A stretch of 60,243 bases of DNA, counting the filler, from Jimgerdemannia flammicorona (Eukaryota): the NCBI GenBank assembly GCA_003990765.1. It is 2 parts of 2 records of this genome, joined end to end, with 100 filler letters (N's around TTAATTAATTAA, not from the genome) between each part and the next. Parts side by side here need not be neighbours in the genome. Positions count along the whole stretch, not along the records: positions 30,174 to 60,243 come from RBNJ01000457.1; 1 more part is not named here. One strand, 5' to 3'. Of the stretch, positions 51,601-60,243 are shown piece after piece. A program made the position numbers and the translations under genes. Numbering within the stretch: the first letter of the stretch is position 1; every line of letters starts with the position of its first letter. The notes beneath the pieces are model-generated. The model was not told where the DNA came from, searched no databases, and saw only the letters and a program-made list of their open reading frames with translations.

Positions 51601-54600
51601 AACAAGATCAGCAAAACCAGGCATCTAGATCATTAAGAATTGAGCCTATCCCCTTCTACCATATTGCAATAGATATCATTGGGCCACTACCACTAATACT
51701 ATTAGGAATAGTACTCCCAAATGAGTCGAATCAATTCAAATTGAATCGAATTGAGGGTTAAATGAGTCGAATCGAATTGAGGGTCTGATTCGAACCCTAA
51801 TTTTCAAAATGCAATAACTCAGCGTAAACTCATCCAAATCTAATGTACTTTAGCATGTTAGAATCACATTAATACGGTGAATCTAACAAGCTAAAATACG
51901 TTAAATTTGGATGAGGTTTCGTCGAGTTATTACATTTTGAAAATTAAGGTTCAAATCAAACTTTGAATTGAATTGGACCTTTGATTTGATTCGAATTGAA
52001 TTGAATTGGACCCTTGATTCAATTGAATCGAATCAAGTTTGGGCCAAATTCGATTTGATTCGATTCATTGGGAGCACTAATCAGGAAACTGCTAAATTAT
52101 AGTTATTGTAGACCTCTTTACTAAATGGATAGAAGCAGGAGCATTACAAGAAGCCAATGCCCTCTCTATAGCCGACTTCCTATACTGAGAAATCATCTGC
52201 CACTATAAGATATCAAAGTAAATCACCACAGACCATGGCACAGAATTTGTCAATAGATTCCATGAGATAATATATCAGAAATACAAGATTCAGCACATCA
52301 AGACTACTATATATTATCCTCAAGGAAATAGACAGACAGAGAGAACTAATAAGACCCTCAAGAATATCCTGGTGAAGATCTCAGACATATATGAGAATTG
52401 GGATAACTACCTCCCAACTACCCTCTCTGTTCTATAAGATATATAGTCACAGAGTATACACTTTACTCTAAGAGAACTACTCTTTGGAGAAGAAGATTCT
52501 GATGAAACCTCAGCTATAAATCTAGACCTAACTTGGAGACAAGTTGACTCAGAAATCCAGAGACTACAATAAATCAGGAAGAAGGATGAAGATTACATCA
52601 TCAAGTCATAAATACTGATGAGAAAGAATGCAGAAAAGAATCACAAGACCCTAGAACCCATCCAAATCAGAGAAAAGGTCCTACTGTATCAAAATATAGT
52701 AGAAGTCTCATGGTCATAAAAACTAGAGCTCAAATGGGAAGGATCCTTCTATGTGCAAGATATCAAGAGAACTATCTTCTGGCTTAGAAAACTCTCAGAG
52801 ACCATACTGCCTACTATAGTATATAGAAATAGACTCAAGAAGTACTATGAACCTATACAAGAGAAGTAAAATGTGATGACTGCCCATGAGGTTCTAGTCT
52901 GCAAATCATAACAGCATGTCCCATAACTAGTAGGTAATCTGTCTGGATCATTCTCTAAGGAATATAGTATCAGCAACTACTTATCTATAAGACTTTCAAA
53001 GCCAGAGGAGTTCAAACTATCAACTGATTGATCAAGATCAGAATCAGACCCTTGCTCTATATAAAGGGAGTGACTCTTCACCATCATACTAAAATATATA
53101 GGAAAGATGCCAGCCTATAAATATTACTTTTTAACCCCCTGCCAGAGGTTGTGGGATCAGCAAATTTTTCAGGACTAGACCAATGAATAAGGATATTCAA
53201 GAAGATCCTTATTCAGAAGGAAGATGTAATGGTAACCTCAGATGATAATATCAGTATAAGAGACAGCCTTTCCTTATAAGATATCAGATCAGAGCACAAG
53301 AAGATCATATGGTATAACTCACCTAGACTATAAGATGAGTAATGATGACCAACTGTGAGTTATTGGGACTACAATACAAACATCTTGAGGAATATAAAAG
53401 AAGGATCAAGGAACCACAGTAGCAGTAACTCAATAAGACCCACTAATCCCAAAATAGCTCAAAGACTTATTATAAACAAAATGTCTACTACTTATTAAAC
53501 CTCAAGGTCAAGGAACCACCAAGGCCCCTTAGTCTAGGAAAGGATATTCCAAGACATCAGAAGAGCCATAGAAACTCACACCACAAGAACTCCTAGTATT
53601 AATCTGGGTGCTGGTAACTCTTATCATTATATTCTCTACTGCTATAAGATGGAAACAAGAATTACTATTACTACTAAATGCCTCTAGATATAGCAAGAAT
53701 ACAAAATAGAAAACCTTCTCTATCAGGAATTCCCTCAAGCCAGCCCTCAAGAGCTATAAGATGCCACTCCTATGGATATATATAAAATAAGGACAGTCAA
53801 GAAGATTTATCAGATCTTCAGGCATGTATTATAGTCGATCCCCAACTTGGAGTATACTAGAGTCTCAGACTTCAGAGATCTGTCAGCCCATCATATCAAT
53901 GCACTAGAAGCCATAGTAGCTACAGAAGTCCAGTTCACTATTACCCTCAATAGTGATGAGATAGAAAAGTTCTGGTATCCCATCCTCTAGGACAACCCAG
54001 ATCAATTCCTGCAAGGATTTATCTCAGTATTCCAAGGCCCAAGCATCCAGGTTAGACCTCTCCAAGACTCCACATTTGTTTCTTATTTTGTGGAAGAGAA
54101 CCTCATACATAGACTAGAGAGCCCCAGATCTCCTCACCACTGCCAAATACAATGACATCATTAGCAATGACATCATTCTGTACAATATATGCAAAATGTG
54201 CAACCTACATGATGAGACAGATGAAATGTTCATGGATCTCATCTCCTTCAGCAATGATAAGGATGAAGCCCTCATGGTTCTGAATATCCTGTTTTAAAGT
54301 TCTAGGTGATACTGAATTCTTCTAGCATTCTTTTCCTATACTACTAAAATTCTACTAGCACTCTGAACTTGTACAACTATCTGTATTAATACTAGAATCT
54401 GTACCAACAACTGTAGTTTTCTGTGTTTCAGTATTTTATTGGTTATTGGAATTTATATTTAGCTTTTATATTTTAGCAACCATTGAATTATATTTTGTAT
54501 AAATACCCCTCTTATTTCCTTTGAAATAAAGTCAGTTCCTCTTAGTACAATATATATAATTCCTTGTAAGCAATCTAAAGAGATAACAAGACAGTTTAAA

Positions 54601-54739
54601 GATAAGAAGTTTGAGGACTATAAGACCTTGGAAAGATACTCCAATAAGAACTTACTTATAATAAACTTGAGTTAGTCTAAGAGATACACCTTGAAGAGAA
54701 TCTGATATATTTGAAGGACTCAGTTACCACTATGTGACA
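45690..54739 (+). mobile_element. Ty3/Gypsy element E with ~1.5-kb LTRs, same lineage as D
   Basis: LTRs 45690-47185 and 53225-54739 (TGTAA…TGACA), 4-bp TSD ATAC, PBS and leader nearly identical to D. Decayed gag, PR, dUTPase (GGVIDPDY), RT (YVDD), RH and INT. Confidence 0.95.
51709..52079. mobile_element. hAT-family MITE copy 2, inserted in the element E integrase
   Basis: TIR TAGTACTCCCAA…TTGGGAGCACTA. 8-bp TSD attaggaa/atcaggaa. Confidence 0.92.
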
Positions 54740-57700
54740 ATACTGATTTCCAAGACAATAAGAGATCAATAACTAGAAATAGCATTTTTGAGCAATGGGA
54801 TATTACAACCATGAAAGACACCCAGACTGCCAAGATTGCAGATACTAGAAGATTCACCTTAGCCAGGATGTTGTAATCTATACATTGAAGAGAGAAGATA
54901 ATAGAGATCAGATCTGAAAAAGTCAAGCCAAGAAACCAGGAAGAAGGACTCTCAAGATCTACAATTTGGGAAAAGACATCCTAGCTTTCATCAGATATAC
55001 AACTTACTAAGAATGGATAGAAGATGCTACCAACTTTATAGAAGCCCTAGAACTTATAGGAAAAAGAGAAATCAATTATCTCTGAGATCTCTCTACTGGA
55101 GCCAGATAGCTACACCTCAATCTCAGAGCTTGGAGACTTCCTGCCAGTAGAGCCTCAGCCTTAGGATAGTCTAAGCTCAGCAAAGATATTACCCAGTATG
55201 CTCTGCTACATCCTAAGGCCAAACCTCTGACCAAAGCTCACCAAGAAGATGTAGAGTATGACCTCTATAGTCTGGAGGATAAACCCATCAAACCTGGAAG
55301 AATATTGATGTTCAGAACTGGACTAGCCATACAGCTACCCCAAGAAACTTACATTCAACTAACCTCAAGGTCTAGACTTACCAGATAGGGAATAACTGTA
55401 GAAGGAGAAACCATAGACTCAGAATATTTAGACAAAATCAAGGTCATCCTATATAATAGTAGTACAGAATAGTACCAAATTATTAGAGGACAGAAGATTG
55501 CTCAAGCAGTCTTCATGAAAGTCAAGATCTCTCAATTACAAGAAGTCTCCAAACTGATTGAAGGAACAAAGCAAGCTAAAGGATTTGGAAGCTCAGATAA
55601 GAAGAAAGTATATCTTCTTCAGGTTAATAATCTCAAGAAGAATGTTTCTCAGCAAGTATATTACCAATTAGTCAGACTGCACAAGAATCTCATTCTGGAG
55701 CCTAGAGAGCAAACTACTTTTGAAATCTTTGTACCACCTGACCCCAGAAATCTCTTCTTTGAACTTAATGAAGATATCTCAAATCTGGACATTGAAGGAT
55801 ACACATTCTCTGATAAGATAAATCCAGTATACTTCTAAGCAACCAACCAGAGTTGAGAAAGTATCATCTTACTAAAAGGAACTATTATAGGATACCTAGC
55901 ACCCTTTCTCAACTAACTCTACAGAGAAGTCTATAAGCTAAATCTATCAGAAAATGGCAAAAGGTCTCAGAAGAAAGGAAAGACCCCTCTGCAACTCAGA
56001 AGATAATGAAGTCTTCTATCAATATTGAAGAAGAATTGATACTCCAGCAATGCAACAACTAGTAGAACTCCTCAACAAATTTCAAGATATCTTCACTACT
56101 AATTATGGTAATCTGCTATATAACTCATTATACTACTATAGTATAAATATAGAAAATATAACACCCATCTGGCAGAAACTCTATAGAATACTCCATCACC
56201 TAAAGACATTCAAAAAAGAGCACATTCAAGAACTCTTAGACAATGGAGTCATCTGACCCTCTATCAGTCCTTAGGTCAGTCCTATACTTATTGTATCAAA
56301 GAAAGGAGGATGGAGACTCTATATAGACTATAGGAAACTCAATTCAGTTACTAAAAAGGATTCCTATCCTTTGTTCAGAATTGATGACCTCTTGAACTAG
56401 TTACAAGATGCCAGATATTTCAGCAGTATGGACCTTTTCACAGGATTCTATAAGATCTCCATAGATCATAAGAATATTCAGAAAACAGTCTTTCTTATCT
56501 TAGAAAAACTATTTGAGTACCTCTGAATACTCTTTAGACTTTGCAATATACCTCCCACCTTCTAGAGAATGATGAACTCAGTTTATGGTCCTCTGATCCA
56601 CTACTATCTGATTATATATATGAATTATTCAAACATCTATTTAGCAAATTTTGAGAAATATCTACATCATCTAGAAGAATTCTTCAAGCTTATCTGTAAG
56701 AACCACCTGAGACTTAATGCTAAGAAATATTACTTTGAAAAACAGAAACTTGAATTTCTTAGATTTATAGTTTCAAAAGAAAGAACCCATACAGAACTAA
56801 AGAAAACTGAGAAGATCAACAATTGGCCAGTATACAAGACCCCAAAGGAAACACTATCATTCTTGATACTAGTATTCTACTACAGAAGATTTATCAAAAA
56901 CTTTGCCCAAATCACTGCTCCAATCTAAATCCTTCTCAAGAAAGGAGTACCTTACAAATAGACAGAATTATAAGAGAAAACCTTCAAGGAACTCAAGCAC
57001 TGCATGAGTACAGCACTAATTCTTATATATTCTAATCTATAGAAGCCATTTATCTTATATACAGATGCCTCCAAAGATTGTCTCAGAGTAGTTCTACTCA
57101 AGAAAAACCTGATCAATAGTACTATATAATAGCTTATGCAAGCTGAGCAACCAATCAGCAGCAACCTAACTATAGTAGTACTAAACTGAAATACCTTACA
57201 GTTATATAGGCAGTTACTTTGTTTAAGCATTACCTCATCAGAAAAAAGTTCACTCTGATAACTGATCATATAGCCCTCAAATGACTATTTAACTATAAGG
57301 AACCTACTGAAATCCTAGCCTGCTGGATCCTTATTCTTTAGGATTACAAAATCACCATCATCTATAAAGCAAAAAAAGCTCACAACAATATTAATGTACT
57401 TTCCCATCAACTCTAATAAATTAGAAGAAGGGTTTACTAAGGAACTATACTTTAAAGGAAGCTCCTTTGATCATTAAAATACAAGAAGATCTTATCCAAA
57501 AAGAATACCAGAAAGCCCAGACAATTGACCAGTATCTCTAGATCCTTATTCTGAGTTCATTTCAATTACTTTCAATTTCTCTACTACAATTTTGCCAAGC
57601 TAATGGAAACTCCCTCCAATGAATCCAGACCCATCAAGAGAACCTCACCTTGGCTAGATATCTACTGCAAGTCTACCAGCTACAGACCTATTATATAATT

Positions 57701-58088
57701 AGAAAATAGTTGCAGAACCTTCCAGCTGCAGACCTAATCTATATTAGGAACTCCACTGGCCTGACTCAGAAAAACATCACTGCTATAGATAGATTATATA
57801 TAATTTACAAACAAAATACCCCAGTACTGATATAGACACAATTCTCTCTGAATGATATACAAAATATAAATCCTATTACCTACTGAAGCATTATCAACCA
57901 TATTGAAATTCTGTTCCCAGAGGAAGAAAAAGAACCTGTTGAATAGAGTGACTCTGATCCAAATGAAGATAATAGTTCAGGTATTGATGCTGAAGATACT
58001 TATATACATTGGAATAATGACTAAAGAATAGTCCAAGAACAGACCATTCTTTAGTAGAGGCTGATATGATGAGCAGCAGAATTGTATC

Positions 58089-59815
58089 TGTTGAGATTTC
58101 TAGCTAATCAACTCGGTATGTAGCTCACGTGAAGGTGGCGCAGCTCACGTGTGAGGACGTCATCAGTAGAAATGTCATCAATACGTAAATACGCGCTTCG
58201 CGCATATCAATAAAGATTGCTCCTTTATCCCTCAAATTCCAGTATTTCACAATAGGTTATGAGCCCCGATTAGTGGCTAACCAAAACACCTCTTTAATAT
58301 ACGCTATACTACTCTACGTGCAAAAGAGATGTCGAATACGCCAGGGAGTCCCTCGGCGGGTGCCAGAACGGGTACCAGAACGGGTGCCGGAATGGGTACC
58401 GGAACGGGTACCGGAACAGCCCCAGCGGCAACTACTACGACCGTCACGACGACATCAATTCCAGCCCCCAGCGGCTATTACGACAGTGCAAACGTCCAAG
58501 AGGTCCATCCCTGTCTTCGACGGGAAAGATTACGCAATCTGGGCCTATCATATGAAGAATCTCCTTATCGAATGTAGCTTGGCGGACTACTGGAAGCCGC
58601 AAGCACAGATTACGGGATACAATGTCGCTAACGATGAGAGAGCCTTATGCGAGATTACGTTCACACTATCTAATGCACAACTGAAACACGTCATCTACGC
58701 TACAACAGCAAACGAAGCCTGGGAGATCTTATGCGATCTACACCAAAAGGACTCTGCCTCGAACAGATTCCACTTGAAATCGCAACTATTCAGCCTATGG
58801 ATGAAGTCCAAGGAGACGATCCGTGAATATGCCGATCGGGTTGACGAGCTGACGAATCACATTAACGCTCTAAGCGCACCAGCGGATTACGTCAAGGATG
58901 ACGACAAGGTCCTGGCCCTTACACGTGGCCTTCCCGAGCGTATAATATCATTGTCATCGCGATGAGGGAGAGCGGTAAGCTTTCGGACTACAAACACGTG
59001 ATAACGAGCCTCCAGAACGTGGAATCTCAGGCACAGGAGAACGATGATGACGAAAGAGCACTCTACGGCTCGTGTGAACGAGGCAAAAAGCAGCGCAAGG
59101 GTCAACACGGCAAAAGCCAGCGCGACAAAAGCCAGCAAGGCCAAGACCAATCAGAGAAATTCGACGGGAGCTGCTATTATTGCGGCAAGTATGGACACCG
59201 TGCGAATGAATGCATGAAAAAGGAAAAGGACAAGGGTGGAAAGAAAGGAAAGAGTGGCAAGCAAGCGAATAGCGCAGATTCTAATGCCGATAAGGGAGGA
59301 TTGTTCTTCGCCGATGTAGATTCAGACCCTTTTGGACCAGTGAAAAATGCGCAAGCCACCCCGACATCTATGAGATCTAGTTCTACATCCACCAGCGCCA
59401 GTTCTACCTGCAAATGCGCTTGCTCGATATCTACGGAACCCAACATTCGGAATACTTTTCAAGGTGCGAAAAGTGGCGGTGACGTAAACAGCACGTGCGC
59501 CAGCGCCAGAGACGAGTATACACCGAGCGCTAACATTGCATGCGACGAAGAGGACATCTGGCTCCTAGATTTGGGTGCATCCCAGTATATGACTTCACAC
59601 TGCGAGTGGTTCTCTATGTACGAACCCTTTGACAACCCCGTGCATATCAGATTGGGTGATAATAAGGTTATATACGCTCAGGGGAAGGGCAACATCAGTA
59701 TGTATTTGCATGGAAACGTTAAGGAACCCTACGCGACCTTTATGGACGTACTGTATGCTCCAGGGATAGGAAAGAACCTCTGATCTCCTTTCTCCGCTAC
59801 CTTACCGGTCACAAG
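58089..59815 (+). mobile_element. Ty1/Copia element, 5' part (LTR ~58089-58254, PBS, gag, protease)
   Basis: TGTTGA start and PBS GGTTATGAGCCC. Motifs IPVFDGKDYAIW, TANEAWEIL, CYYCGKYGHRANEC, WLLDLGASQYMT, DVLYAPGIGKNL. Two frameshifts. Confidence 0.93.
58255..58266 (+). promoter_or_regulatory. Primer-binding site complementary to the tRNA-iMet anticodon arm (half-tRNA priming)
   Basis: GGTTATGAGCCC immediately after the LTR, as in Ty5 and copia. Confidence 0.85.
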
Positions 59816-60243
59816 GTTTGGTGGGCGACCTTCCGAGTCCCCTTTCCCCTATTATTACCCCCTCTACCTCGGGTTGGTTTGCTGTGCCTGCATGGGCATG
59901 GTGGGAGAAGGACAATGGTGATGAGTTGCCCCTTTATCGGTGTCAGATCGGTGTCTTCTCCACTTTTTCGCGGTTTCTGGTGTCTTCGGCTGCATCTGGA
60001 GTGCATCCGTTTTGGTGCGGCGCCTTCTTCCTTTTGCCATCATCAACAAGGTGCTGTCTCGGTGTGTCTCGGGCTATGTAGGGAGTCGGCCGACCTTGGG
60101 CGTCAAGTGCTCAGTATAGGTTACCTGCAGGTCCTCGGTGCCTGTGGTGGGGCCCTCTGGCTTTGGTGAGCTTCCCGGCGAGCGCGGTTCTGGCGTAGGT
60201 GACTGCTTTTCGGGTGATGTCGGGATGGGAGGGGAGATGGCTG
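59816..60243. other. Unidentified GC-rich sequence interrupting Copia pol
   Basis: Copia motifs stop after the protease and strand composition switches abruptly. Confidence 0.4.

Larger units (their letters stand above)
37102..58088 (+). mobile_element. Old Ty3/Gypsy element F, host to D and E (pieces 37102-38681, 45266-45689, 54740-58088), integrase largely missing
   Basis: GRCPH motif at ~45445, dUTPase at 55200-55600 (YDLY, SRSRLT, GFGS), RT at 56200-56930, RNase H to ~57415. Continuity across E is supported by the ATAC TSD. Assignment of 37102-38681 is tentative. Confidence 0.65.

Overview
A eukaryotic (most likely fungal) transposon graveyard with no recognisable host gene. It is two contigs joined by an artificial 100-bp N/TTAATTAATTAA linker at 30074-30173. 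The left contig holds three L1/Tx1-like LINE copies, fragments of a dUTPase- and chromodomain-bearing Ty3/Gypsy element, a decayed intron-containing hAT transposon with a MITE, and a Penelope-like retroelement (PLE, 6735-22998, minus strand, interrupted by two nested LINEs). The PLE is the most unusual object. It has no GIY-YIG endonuclease and no telomeric repeats, and it carries an upstream Cys/His ORF probably joined to RT by a -1 frameshift. It has ~330-bp terminal inverted repeats ending TG...CA, and a fold-back hairpin whose loop is a cluster of GNA-triloop mini-hairpins. The right contig holds four Ty3/Gypsy elements with dUTPase (three of them nested). Two clearly encode integrase as a separate ORF plus a 3' accessory ORF. 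It also has a second hAT MITE, a young Ty1/Copia with a half-tRNA-iMet PBS, and an unidentified insertion at the end. Coordinates were read by eye, so boundaries of decayed elements are approximate.
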